Source: Conidiobolus incongruus B7586
Lineage: Eukaryota
Reading direction: 5' to 3'
DNA: 61,909 nucleotides
Assembly (NCBI GenBank): GCA_000697335.1
Contig: JNEM01007302.1
Coordinates: forward strand, 1-61,909
Below, piece by piece: positions 1 through 12,935 of the stretch (position 1 is the stretch's first letter; each line of letters opens with the position of its first letter). The notes beneath the pieces were generated by a model, which did not search any database, was not told the origin of the DNA, and worked only from the letters and a program-made list of their open reading frames with translations. A program made the position numbers and the translations under genes.

Positions 1-713
1 TTATAATAAATATATCAATTAATTTAAAGAATATAATAATAAGTTGACTAAAATTTGAATATATATATTATTTTTAAATATAAAATAACGTAATATAACT
101 AATAAAAGAATTAATATTAAAATATATTAAATTATTTTAAATAAAAATTCAACAATAATTTTGAATAATATAGATTAAATATTATTATTTAACAAGATAA
201 TAATTTTGCTATATTATAAATATTATTATCAACTATCTTAAAGATAGTAAAAATGCTGTTATAGAGTAACTTTTTTAGTTTCTTAATTATATATATCAAT
301 TAAAAGTCTGTATGATTAATTGAATAGACTAATTAAAATTCTTTTAAATAATTAGTTTAAATAAGCTATAATAATCTATTTAAAAAGCTTAAAATAGTAT
401 TAGTCTTTTTTAATATAAGAAGCTAATTGACTGAATATTTAATAAACTTAAAAAAGTTTAAAAAGCCAAAGATAAATATATTAGATATCAATTTTCATAT
501 TATAATTAATTATTAAGAATCTATAACTTATATTAATTAATCTTTTAATTTAATATATCAATTAATAATTAACAGATATACTTATATATCTTTAATTAAA
601 AAAATTTTTATTTATTATATAGTTTAAACTATATTTATTAAAATAGAATTGATTTAGTTATAAATCAAAACATAAATGATTTTAATTTTATGACTTATTT
701 TTACAAACTAATA
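1..713 (+). mobile_element. 3' part of a hypermutated Tc1 (DD34E-type) transposon with its right TIR; truncated by the window start
   Basis: taa caa gat aat (190-201) = (Q)QDN. gag taa ctt ttt tag ttt ctt aat (264-287) reverts by transitions only to EWPSQSPD, followed by a decayed PIExLW and a KLID..V.KAK..Y C-terminus. 655-713 matches the TIR of the MITE at 22100-22335 and is followed by TA (714-715). Confidence 0.85.
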
Positions 714-1222
714 TATATTAACTGTTTTTACCTCGATATTTAAATATAATTTTTATTATAAATATCATAGCAAAAGTTATTGACAGAAAAAGATAGTGCA
801 ATTTTATATATATCGTTAATATAAAAGAGTATTCCAAATGTTATAAAAAATATATAATTTTGAAAGGGATGTTTTAACTCCATTCCAAAAATTGGTGATA
901 TTCTAGAAAATCCACTTTTTAAGCCTTTATTCAATGAGTTTAAATTATTTAAACTATTTGACTTTCTTAAATAAACTTTTTCCTTTATTTTTATTAACTC
1001 TAACTTTACTTTTCTGCTATATTAAACATATATTTTGGGTTTTTGTTTAATATTCTGTATCCTTTAATAGGATTTCTTCCAATTGGAAAGTCTACTCTGT
1101 AAATATTATTCTATTATTTTAAAGTAATGTGAATTCATTGTACACTCAATTTATTATAAGAGATAATTTCAGTTTTATTCAATAAAATTATTTTTAAAAT
1201 TTTTCTCAATAATTATTTTAAT

Positions 1223-1482
1223 TGATACTGAATGAATGAATCAAGACTGTTATTAGACCTAAGGACGAATAAAAGCGATATTTTGCAGAATATATTGATC
1301 CATAACTTGTGGGATCCACCCAAAGATACGGTGCCAGAGTTAAGGATTTTGTTTGTATTGGGAGTTATTGGGGATAAAGTAATAACAGTATACTTAATAG
1401 TGGGAGGGGATTGTAAATGGTATTATGGGGTATGGAATGGTGCTAGCAGCTTAGGGACTTACTAAGGTCCCAAATGATACTG
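1223..1482 (-). mobile_element. Possible short non-LTR retro-insertion (SINE or 5'-truncated LINE) with 8-bp target-site duplication
   Basis: GC-richer ~245-bp island bounded by the direct repeat TGATACTG (1223-1230 and 1475-1482). A short (ATTC)n-like tail lies at its 3' end on the minus strand. Family not recognised. Confidence 0.4.
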
Positions 1483-2826
1483 TTAATTATTATTTTGTTT
1501 TAAATATTATATTATTAAAATTTATGTTATGGGATTGATTTTACATTGAATAATTAATAACAAAACATATCCTATATCAAAAAATATTATAAGGTTGAAT
1601 TGTCGCATAAGTATTATTAATATTAATGGGCTTGTATTGATTATACATGTTTTGCCAGATATTACATAATTATGTTTATACCAATTTGATATATAAAAAG
1701 ACAAATAATATGATGATCATTTCAAGAGTAAAAAGATTTTTTAGTATTTTTATTGAAAATAACATATTTGAAATAATAAATACTTTAAAAGTTTATTTTG
1801 ATATTTAATACAACAATCAAATTTTGATATATTAGTTTTAGTATATTTTCCTGTTATCAAAACTATATTTAATAACTTTTCATAGTTTCACTGTAATAAT
1901 CAGTTATAATGTTTTATATATTCTAATTGCTGATTTCAACATATTTTTTAATGGTTATTTGATAAATAGAAATATCTAGTTTTATATTTGACAATTTTAA
2001 CTTTATACATTAATAATGAAATATAAATATTAATAAAATTCAATTATACTGTATTTAAATTTCTATCCTATAATAAAATTTTTGTATACGTTATCAAGTA
2101 AATTTGTTTTTGGTATCAAAATTGAAATAACCATTAATCATATAAATGATAAATATTAAAAGAATAATACATTGTTTATCTTTAATTTGGCCATAGATGG
2201 TATTTCGAAATTAAATTAATTCAAATATTATTAATACACATTTATTTAATAAAATAATACAATTACAAATTTAAATTTTCAAATTCAAATCCATTAAACT
2301 GCCTTATTTCAAACTCAATAGTATTAAATTTTCAATTGTCTGTATTAGTTATTCACTAATTTTCTAATAGTACAACCCCAGTTGGACTTGAATTCCATTT
2401 ATTGTTATAAGTAAAAAATTTAGATTAATTTTATTTAGTTATGTTTGACATTTAAAATTAGAAAATATCGATCTAGTTATAAAAATTCAAATTTTGGTAG
2501 AGCTTCTACCGGGTAAAATATCAAGTATAATTTTGTGATATATTCCCTTTCAATATTGCGAAATTGAATAAATGATCATATAAGGAACATGTGGATTGTT
2601 TTCTTCTCGTTATATATTCAATTATAATTTGACATTATATATCTGATTAGAATTTTAATTTAAACAGCAATGATCTTATATCATGGATAATCTTAAAAAC
2701 TTCATATGGCTTATATGTGTGTTTTCAATATTTTTTTTAAAAAGCCTGAGTGAATGTTTAATGTTGGAAATTGAATTAGCTGAAATTCAGATATAATACA
2801 AGTTATTGTAATTAAAGCAGAATTAT

Positions 2827-2876
2827 CCGATTTTGATAAATATCCGGATTAAAAGGGATGATAAGATATATAAATA
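2827..2876 (+). promoter_or_regulatory. Putative promoter of ACSL copy 1: paired CCG triplets and TATA box
   Basis: CCG at 2827 and 2844, TATAAATA at 2869-2876, ATG at 2928. Confidence 0.35.
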
Positions 2877-2927
2877 CCACCTTTATCTATTGTAATGTGC
2901 AGGATAAAATTTAAATTGAATTAAAAA

Positions 2928-5128
2928 ATGAAAATATATGCTAAACAAATAACTGAACCAAAGAACAACAACGAAACAGGAGTATATAGAAGTGTTGATT
3001 ATTGTGATCAATTGGCAGAGATTCCAGTATCCTCTCCACAAACAATCCCAGAATTATTAGAACTAGGTATTCAGATATTTTATGATAATACCTAAACTCT
3101 AACAAGTTTTTAGCGGTGAAGAACCATCCAAATAGCCCATATTTAGGAAGAAGACAGTACAATCAAGAAACTAAATCTTATGGAGAATATGAATATTTGA
3201 CATATTCTCAGGTACATGAGCAAGTATTAAAGGTTGCTTCTGGACTATATCATATTGTAAATTCTTATAATTTATTTGGTAAAGATATTACACCAATTTC
3301 ACTATTTTCGGTCAATCGGCCAGAATGGATGATCACCGACTTGGCCAATAGCTATCATAGCTTTGTGACTGTTGGATTATTTGACACTTTCGGACCAGAG
3401 GCCTGCATTTATATCTTAAATCACACCAAGTCACCTATCCTTGTGACTTCAAAGGTCAAGATTCCTTTCATCCTATCGATTGCTGACAAATTGGAGCACC
3501 TCAAAGTGATTATAAGTATGGACTCACTTGATGATTTAAATGAGACTGGTACAACTACATCAGTGATCATGGCATGGAATAAATCGATTAAAAAATTCAA
3601 ATTAATCGATTTTGATCAACTGATGGAATTAGGTACTTTACACAGCCATCCTCATCATTTGCCCAAGATTGATGACTTGATTACGATTAATTATACTTCT
3701 GGTACTACTGGAACACAAAAGGGTGTTATGCTATCTCATAAAGGATTTATTCTTGGGAATCACATTTTGCAGGAATATATAAAGCCGCTTAATCTACCGT
3801 CAGTTGATCACCTTTCCTATATGCCACTATCTCATTGCTATGAACGTTATCTCCAATATGCTGTTTTAGGACTAGGCGGTCGCATTGGTTTCTATTGTGG
3901 TGATATCACCAAAATTATTGAAGACGCTCAAGCATTTAAACCTACAATATTCACATCCGTGCCAAGATTACTAAACAAAATTCACGATGCTATCGCGGCC
4001 AAAACCATTTACGCAAATGGTCTAGTTGGTACGCTATTCAGAATGGGTTACAAAGCCAAGAACGATCTCTATGTCAAGACGGGTGCAAAATATCATCCCA
4101 TATGGAATCCCCTCCTTTTCAACAAATTAAATAAGATTTTGGGAGGTAATGTACATTTAATCACTTGTGGTAGTGCCCCAATATCTAAAGATATTTTGAA
4201 ATTCTTGAGACTGACTTTCTCTGTCCCAATATTGGATGGATATGGGTCAACAGAAACATATGGATTAGTTAGCGTTGCTCCCATTTTCGATAACACTTAC
4301 AATACTGTTGGAGCTCCTTTAGGTTCTAATGAAGTGAAATTAGTCAGCGTTCCTGAGATGAACTACTTGGTAACAGATAAACCATACCCCAGAGGTGAAC
4401 TCTTGGTTCGCGGCCAAAATATTTTTAAAGGATACTATCGTGACCAAGAAAAGACTTTGGAGGCTTTCGATTCTGATGGTTTCTACAAATCTGGCGACAT
4501 CTGTTATATTAACGAACAAGGATTAATCACGGTCATTGACCGCAAGTCAAGTTTATTTAAACTTAGTCAAGGAGAGTACATCACTCCTGAACGTGTTGAA
4601 AACCTTGTGATAACTCATCCAGCTATTCAATCAGCTTGGTTAACTGGGGTTCCAACTGAGAACTCTACAGTCAGTGTAGTTGTTCCAGATCCTCCAATGT
4701 TTAAGAAATGGTATCAAAAGAAATTCCCAGATCATGAGCACAACTCGATTGATTCAGCTTGTTGTAATGAGGCAGTCAAAAAGGCATTATTAGAAGATAT
4801 TCGAGCAATGTGTATTCAAGAGAAAATTCCCAAGTAATGTTTTTTCTAAATCTACCTTGTCATATTAATTAATATATGCTTTTAGATTCGAAATTCCTTC
4901 AAATTTACATTTAGAACCTGAGCCATTCTCTATTGAAAAAGGGTTACTAACACCAACGTAAGTTATTATAGTTATAGATTTTACTGATTATATAGTTTAC
5001 TAACTATGTAATATAAAATATTATTTAGTGCTAAAATTTGTCGCCATAAATTTAATGAGTATTACAAACGTATTATTGAAAATCTCTATAATAATACTAA
5101 AAGAACTCAAAATAAGCCAAAACTTTGA
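2928..5128 (+). CDS. Long-chain fatty acyl-CoA synthetase (ACSL/FACS), copy 1, intact, ~676 aa
   Basis: Exons 2928-3066, 3114-4833, 4886-4957, 5029-5128 with GT-AG introns, in frame. Motifs YTSGTTGTQKG, YMPLSHCYER, GYGSTE, SGD, IDRKS.LFKLSQGEY, LLTPTAK. Ends in PKL*. Confidence 0.95.
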
Positions 5129-5928
5129 AATTCAAAATGATATTTTGCAATTATACTTAACTAAATAATAAAAAATGAATATAATATATTTAATCAAATA
5201 AATAAAATTATTGTATTTTTTATATAATTGAACAACTAATGATGAATATAATAATCACTTTATTAAAATTATTTATTCCTTTAATAACTATCAAATTAAT
5301 GTATATATAATGATTCCTCCTATAGAGTATTTGATACTTATTGGTTATATTCAATATATTTCTGTTCAAACTACAATTTTCCTTTTATTAAATTTATGAA
5401 TTTTAGTGATGCTAAAATTGACCTCCAATTTACATATATGCAACAGTTCAAGTTGGAAAAATATTTAAGGATTACAAAACATATTTTGTGTGTGAAATAT
5501 TAACTCAATGAAATAAATTGGAAAAATAATTCAAATTATGTTCTGTTTATTTAAAACGAGAGCTTGTACATTATTTAATACGTTAAATACTATCATATTA
5601 TTTTGAAATTCTATTGATAATATTGAATGATTTCATGAGGTTTACTCCATAAAAGATTATACATTTGATTTTTTATATTCTTAGTGGTGAGACAAATCTA
5701 ATATATTCTCTTTAAATTTAGAAAATTACTCAACCCATAATACATAATGAAGAAGTAAATTCAAAATATTGTATATATTAAGTATCAAGTCGAAGTATTC
5801 TCATACATTTGAACAAATATAAATTTTGTTAAAATTTGAAATAACTTCATGATTTACTATTATTTATCTTTCACGTCAATTTAAGCTTTAAAATTAATAA
5901 TTACATATAATATAAATAAAAATATAAA

Positions 5929-8113
5929 ATGAAAGTATTTGCAAAACAAGTGACAAGTCCTAGAAATTGTAAAGAAACTGGAATATATCGCAATATTAAT
6001 AGTTTGGATGGTGTTGTAGGACTTTCTGATAATCATCCTAAAACGGGACCTGAATTATTTGAAAAAGGTAGAATATTTATATAATTCGTAATATTGATTA
6101 TTCATTGTAATAAATTCAATAGCGGTCAACGAAAATCCCAATGGTTTATATATGGGAAAGCGCGTGAGAGATCCCAATACAGGAGCTCTAGGGGATTACC
6201 AATTTCAAACTTATAAACAAGTTCACGACCAAGTGATGAAAATTGCTTCTGGAATATATCATATCTTAGATTATGAGAATTTATTTTTGGAAAAATTTAC
6301 TCCAATTTCAATTTTTGCTGTGAATCGTCCAGAATGGTGGATGCTGGATTTGGCTTGTAGTTACCATAGCTTGCCAACAGTTGGATTGTATGATACTTTT
6401 GGTCCTGATAACGTGGTTTATATATTAAATCACTGTGAATCACCTGTTATTGCAACCTCGATTGACAAAATTCCTCTAATTCTGTCCAATGCTGATAGGT
6501 TGGAACATCTCAAAGTTATTATTTGTTTAGACTCCTTCCAAAAATCGGATCAACTAACAGATGTCGCTGCAGCTATTCAGAGATGGAATAAAACTGTCGG
6601 AAAATTCGAACTGCTTGATTTTGATAAATTGATTGCTTTGGGTACTGAGTACAATTATCCTCACCACTTGCCCAAATCTGATGATTTGGCTACCATCTGT
6701 TACACTTCAGGAACTACAGGAACTCCAAAAGGTGCAATGCTCAAACACTACGGTTTACAGCTTGTCGCCTATTCGAGCAACGAAGTATTAAAACCTTTTC
6801 AAGGTGATGAAAATGTCGTGATATCATATATGCCACTTTCCCACTGCTATGAGAGAAATTGTCAATATCGAGTATTATTAATGAAAGGTCAAGTGGGATT
6901 CTATTCAGGTGATGTAGCAAAATTGATGGAAGATATTCAACTATTAAAACCTACCTCGTTTGCGACTGCACCGAGGGTATTAAACAGGATCTATGACAGC
7001 ATCAAAACCAAATTTGAGTATCAGAAAGGACTAGTTGGCGCTTTATTCAAACTTGGAATGCATGCGAAGCTCCAAACATACAAAGCTACAGGTCAATTTA
7101 CTCATCCCATTTGGGATCGATTCGTATTTAATAAAATCCCCCAAATTTTGGGAGGTAGAGTTCGCGTTATTTCGTGCGGCAGTGCTCCCTTGCAAAGCCA
7201 TGTTATCCATTTTTTAAGGTTGGCATTTGGTTGTAATGTTTTGGAGGGTTATGGCGCTACTGAATCTTCAACTACAATCAGTATAGCACCTGTTGGAGAT
7301 CATCGAGCTAATCATGTTGGTCCTCCATTACCAAGCCTTGAAGTGAAATTCGTCAGTATACCGGATATGAATTATTTAGTTACAGATAAGCCTTACCCAA
7401 GGGGTGAGATTCTTGTTAGAGGTCAACAATTGTTCAAAGGGTACTATAAGCAACCTGAAAAGACTGCTGCAGCATTCGATTCAGAAGGGTTTCTAAAAAC
7501 TGGTGATATTGGATATATCAACGATGAAGGCTTGATCAGCATCATAGATAGGAAATCAAGCTTCTTCAAATTGAGTCAAGGCGAATATGTCACACCTGAA
7601 AGAGTTGAACATGTCCTCAGACAGCATCCAGCTGTTCAGATAGCACTCGTCACAGGATTAAGAACAGAAAGTTCAACAGTTGCTATTATTGTACCTGATC
7701 CCCAAATGTTTAAACTTTGGTATAATCAAGCTTTCCCAGACAGTAAATTTGAGTCATTTGTTTTAGCATACTCAGATGATTTGGTGAAAAGAGAGTTACT
7801 AAAGGAACTTAGAAATTTGTGTATTGAAGCTAAAATTGCAAGGTAATCCTTTCAGCACTCTCACTATTAGATATATATTCATTGTCTTTATAGATTCGAA
7901 ATCCCATCCAACTTATATATTGAAGCTGAACCTTTTTCCATTGATAAAGGATTATTAACCCCAACGTAAGTATTCAGAATTATAGAGTTTATACAGATTA
8001 TTAATATATAATCTAGATCTAAAATTTGTCGTCCCAAATTGAATGAATATTATAAGACCACAATTCAAAATCTCTATACCAAAAAATCTTTGGAATATAG
8101 ATCAAATCTTTAA
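5929..8113 (+). CDS. Long-chain fatty acyl-CoA synthetase, copy 2, intact, ~675 aa
   Basis: Exons 5929-6067, 6123-7842, 7894-7965, 8017-8113. Motifs YTSGTTGTPKG, GYGATE, TGDIG, LLTPTSK. Ends in RSNL*. Confidence 0.95.
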
Positions 8114-8919
8114 ACCTGAATATAAATTAAGTTATTACTAATTGAAATATTTCAATCTATATCGAATTTTATAATGATTTAAACCTAAAGAGTTGTCTGA
8201 AAAAAATAAAAATTACATAATATCCAATATCGATAATTATTAAAGCTGACAATTATTCCACAATACTGAAAAATCATTGAAATGATTGAATTCATCGCTA
8301 ATCAGATATAATTAAAATATTGATTTATTGGATATTGCACAAAATGTTCAAACTAACCAAGATAAAATTTCGATTTAAAATGATGAAATTTATGTAATAA
8401 TGCTATAATATAAGTTATTTGCAAATATATACCTTTTTTATAGTTAGATTTATATGTGTATCCTTTTAAATTAATCAGACGAGCAACACACATACCTTAT
8501 ATTCTGTTTATATTTTTTAATCAATGTGATATATAAGAAGAATTTTAGGGTGTTGCTATCCATTTTTCTATATCTCGTTTAATTTAAATATGATTAAGTT
8601 AAAAATCATATAAAATATAATTGAACAATTAAAAACAATATTATTGTACCTAGAGTGTGTACAAATAAAAATTACTGATTTAAATGAAATTGAATTTTAA
8701 AATAAATAGATCATTGTTTTTTACACAAAGTAACAAAAGTCATTACTATGTATAGAATATGTCAAAATTAGTAGTGTATGATGATCATTAGTTATTATTT
8801 TTATATTATTCATTGCTTTATGGCTCCATTATACATATATATAGTTAGATTCTGTTCAAAAACCTCATTTTTCAAATTTGAAAAAATGTTTTGAAAATCA
8901 TTGCAAAATAATCATTCAT

Positions 8920-10085
8920 TACTCAAATTTATAAAAATTTAACCATTAATTTGGATAGAAAAAATGGCAAAATTTTGAATTTTTAATATTTCAAATATAT
9001 TGTTGGTTTCAAAAAATAAAATAAATACAAAATATACAAGAGAATTAATATTCTCAAACCATTTACATATTTATTAATAACTATTTTTTCAATAATATAT
9101 TTTGATTTAAAATTTGGGATAGAATTTAATTATTTTTAAATTAGAAAATAATCATCAAAAGTTAGTTTTTTAATATCTTTAAAACTCAACCATAAGCACT
9201 CTAAAGTTATTCAAGATTTTCAAAGAGTTTATAAAGATAATATTTTATTTAAATTATAATTTAATTATAAATATTTTTTAAAATGAATAATTACTTAAAA
9301 TATTAATACTTATTTTTACTTTTTAATATATTAATAAAATAAAAAAATAAAAAAATATAACACCCTTTTATTTTAGTAAAAAAATTATCAAAAAAATTAA
9401 TTTTAATTATATAAGTATTATTTTATATATTAATATTGAAACTCAAATTAATTAATAAAAATATATAATAAATATTATATAAGTTAAAAAAAGCTTTAAA
9501 AACTATATTAAATATAGTTAAATATAGGTTATTAATATATAACCAAGAGCATAAGTTATTATATTATATTTTTATAAATTATAAATTTTTGTTTCCATTA
9601 TATAATCTTTTAATTCAGAAAAAATTTAAGCTATAACAGTTCTTTTGATAAATTTTAATAAATTATCATATTATTTATTAATGAAATTAATTTTAATAGA
9701 TCATACGAATATGTTTTTTTATTTGATTTATAAAGATAAAATATTCAATAATAAACTATATTTTTTTGATAAAATATTTATAATTAATAATATTTAGATT
9801 TCTTGATAATAATTATAAATTATATAAATATAAACTTTTAAGATTTTTTATATTAAAAAGATTTAAAAAAGCTAATATATTATATATAATAGATTATAAT
9901 CTATATGATTTTAATAGTTTTAGATAAATGAAAAATATATTTATAGGAAAAATAATTACTATAAACAGATTAAATTTATATATAAAATATCAAATTTTAG
10001 TTTTTAATAAAAAAAACTATTTTTTAGGTATTAGATACTTGCTAAGAATATGGTAGAGAATTTATTTAAAAAAGAGTATAAATTT
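8920..10085 (+). mobile_element. Hypermutated mariner-family (DD34D) transposon relic; ends approximate
   Basis: Inverted homology to 37254-38529 and 61127-61909. Decayed WVPxxL, RIIT, DYNLYDF (from DYNPCDF) and GIRYLLRIW*RI..EY (mariner GIxxLPxRW..GEY). TIRs not confidently found. Confidence 0.75.
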
Positions 10086-10589
10086 TATTTTGTTAGTCTA
10101 TATTCTATAATCTATAGATTGATAAGTAAATCTGATTTTGATTTTAGCATTGTATTGTTAAATTTCTGTATTAATAATAACCATTGAAATATTTTAATTC
10201 TATATATTGTTTATCAATCTGTTTTATTAACAACTTAGAGGTCTGATTATATCATAAATCTAAAGGATTGACTTTTAATATATTAGATTATGTTGATTTA
10301 TTTATATTATATTTTATATATATTTAATTTACTTATAACATAAGATTGGGAATTATATTTTGATGTCAATTGATATATATAATTTATAATTGTATATTCT
10401 AGGAAAAAATTCAATAATAATAGTATAGCTTAACTTTTAATATTATATTAACAAAATATTTTGAAAGTTTGATTTTAGAGTAATTAAACATTAACAATAA
10501 TAATTAAATAATATATTAAATGAATAAACTTAAATTTCATTAGTAAAAATATTAAGATTAATATATTTTTAACTTTTCTAATTTAAAAT

Positions 10590-11600
10590 ATCATGTTGTA
10601 ATTATAGTTCTATTCATTTTTTATCTGGAAATTATCTTGAAAATATTTCTGGAGCATTGTATCACCATGTTATTTTAATATTAGGATATATATATATATA
10701 TATATTACATAAATCTTTATATCATGAATGTTTGATGCAATTCTTCAATTTGTTAAACACCTTCTTGTTATGGTTGAGATTGGGTGTATATGAAAATAAA
10801 ATGAATATATCTTAATTATTATCTCTGATAAATTTGTTTGAAATTCGTATCCTTTGAATTATCGATGATAATTAATGATTGGGAAATATTATATTATATT
10901 AGCTTTAAAATCATATTATATATAAAAAACATGAACCTTCAATATTCATATTTTTGTGTTTCAAAAAGCAAAGTACCTTGTATACATGCGACTGCAGCAT
11001 AAGGTATATTCTTTATGGTTGAATAGCTGACCTTTTGAATAGCTTGAATTCCTATTTCAAACTGACGGTATATTACATGAATTTCAATATTTTAACCAGC
11101 TTTATTGATAAACATAATGCTATCTAATTCACAATTGGCTGTATAGTGAATATAAAAACATTAATCATCTAAGAACTTCTTAAAAGTTTGTGGGTTATAT
11201 TTCTACTGTGATTCATTTGTTACATATTAAAAGTTGGTATTCAATTCTGAAATATCCTGATTAATGGTAGTTATTGAGACTTCAAAAAGAAATTCATCAT
11301 ATAATTTTGATTAAATTTTATGCAATGAAATGTAGACATTATCATTCAGATACTGTTCAATTGCTGCTTAGCGATTCTGCTTGATCCTATTTTTCTTTGA
11401 CTCCTTTTTTTAAGGTTGGATCCAATGGCACTATTTTTAAAGAATCACTTGAGGAACTTACATACGGTTTCAGATTGCAGTTTTATATGTAGGAAAGGAT
11501 TGATCTTGAATAACCACAATAGTAGGCTTGAATGATCTCTGACTTGTATCATTTGGAATTGGTGTGGAAGCATAAATCATGTTATATATTTTACATTGTT
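10590..11600 (-). mobile_element. Degenerate IS630/Tc1-like (DDE_3) transposase relic
   Basis: Minus-strand frames give an HTH-like N-terminus, EVSITTIN, IMFINKAG*N (11092-11118; from IFIDEAGFN), G.QAIQKV..KNI..AA...G.L, LIIIDNSK (~10855-10875) and SYTPNLNHNKKVFNKLKN (~10740-10795; from PYSPxLNPIEExFxKxK). Many stops and frameshifts; TIRs not seen. Confidence 0.8.
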
Positions 11601-12935
11601 TAATATATTGTCAAAAAGATTGAATTTTTGAAAATAAATTTTGAGTCAATCAAAACTATGTATATATGATACTTATATAATAAAATCATTATTCAACTGA
11701 TAAAATATAAAAACTTTCTTATGATTATCATATACTCACAGTTTGAAATTTTCTTTAAATAATAATGACCATTGTTGTTTTTAATTCAACATTTTATAAC
11801 ATTCAATTTAAATCAAATAAATTTATTATTGCACTATAAGAGCAAAAATTAATTATATTAAAATTATATTAATATAATTTCCAGCTCCTAAAATTATTGA
11901 ATTTTCAATTTTTTTTAGTTTAAAATGATGTTTTCATGTGATATTTTTAATATTTAATCATATGATCAAACTAATTGATATTTACTGATAAAAATTTTGA
12001 GATTTTTAATTTTTTCAAATTCAATTTTTAGCTATATAACAATATTTGTAAAATATTTGAAATACAACATAATAGAAGATATAAAATAATTGGATTTATT
12101 ATAAATATTATTATAATTTAAATAATATAAATATAAAAAATGAAAACCATTTGACCAGATTGGAAGGAGAACTAGCAATTAATCATATAAAAAATTCATG
12201 ATTTTATTATTTCATGATATATAGTTTACCTCCTTCTAAAATTGTATATTAGATAGGAAAGAACATATTGAATTACTTGATTAAAGGAAATTATTAATAT
12301 AGCCTTGAGTTTCAATGGATGTAAACCTTTTTCAATTTATATTAAACTAATTTTCTAAAGCTTCATAATGATATAATGTTTGATATTAATATTTATAGAA
12401 TTTTTATTCAACCTTTATAAATAGATTTTCAGAGAACGAAAATTTGAATTTTATTTTGTTCCATTTGAATTTCTAATTAAATCTAATTTAAATTTCTCTA
12501 ATACAAATTCAATAACAATGATTAAAATTATTTTATCATTTTGTTTAATGATAATGAGACTACTTTAATTTGTAATAAATTTTTTTGTTTTATAATATTT
12601 TTACCATTCGGTAATTTATTGTATTATAAATTGATCAAGAAATATAATCCTACTATTCTATAATAATATTTTGCAATAGTCACAATATTAATTAAATTTG
12701 TGATATTTTTTAGATTTAAGATTATAAATTTCTCTTTAACTGTTACTCCATTATATATCATAAATACTCAAATCGGTAAAAGTATTCGGCAGCTAGACAA
12801 ATTTGAGCTTATATCCAACTTATAAACTTGATCAATACGAACAATTTGAAGTTCATACAAGTCTCAGTTTAATTGATTTAGAGATATATAAAAAATCTAT
12901 CGAGACTAATATTATTTCAATGTAAATTGACAAGA

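Noticed and set aside
740..1200. Minus-strand coding-like stretch (YRVDFPIGRNP..., ORF 740-934)
   Set aside because: No recognisable family and interrupted by stops. It cannot be supported without a database search.
3116..4837. ORF-track starts and stops for the ACSL genes (also 6152-7846, 24513-26120, 32207-33943, 49383-51080) as complete genes
   Set aside because: These are exon 2 only. The TAA is part of the GTAA splice donor, and conserved exons 1, 3 and 4 are present.
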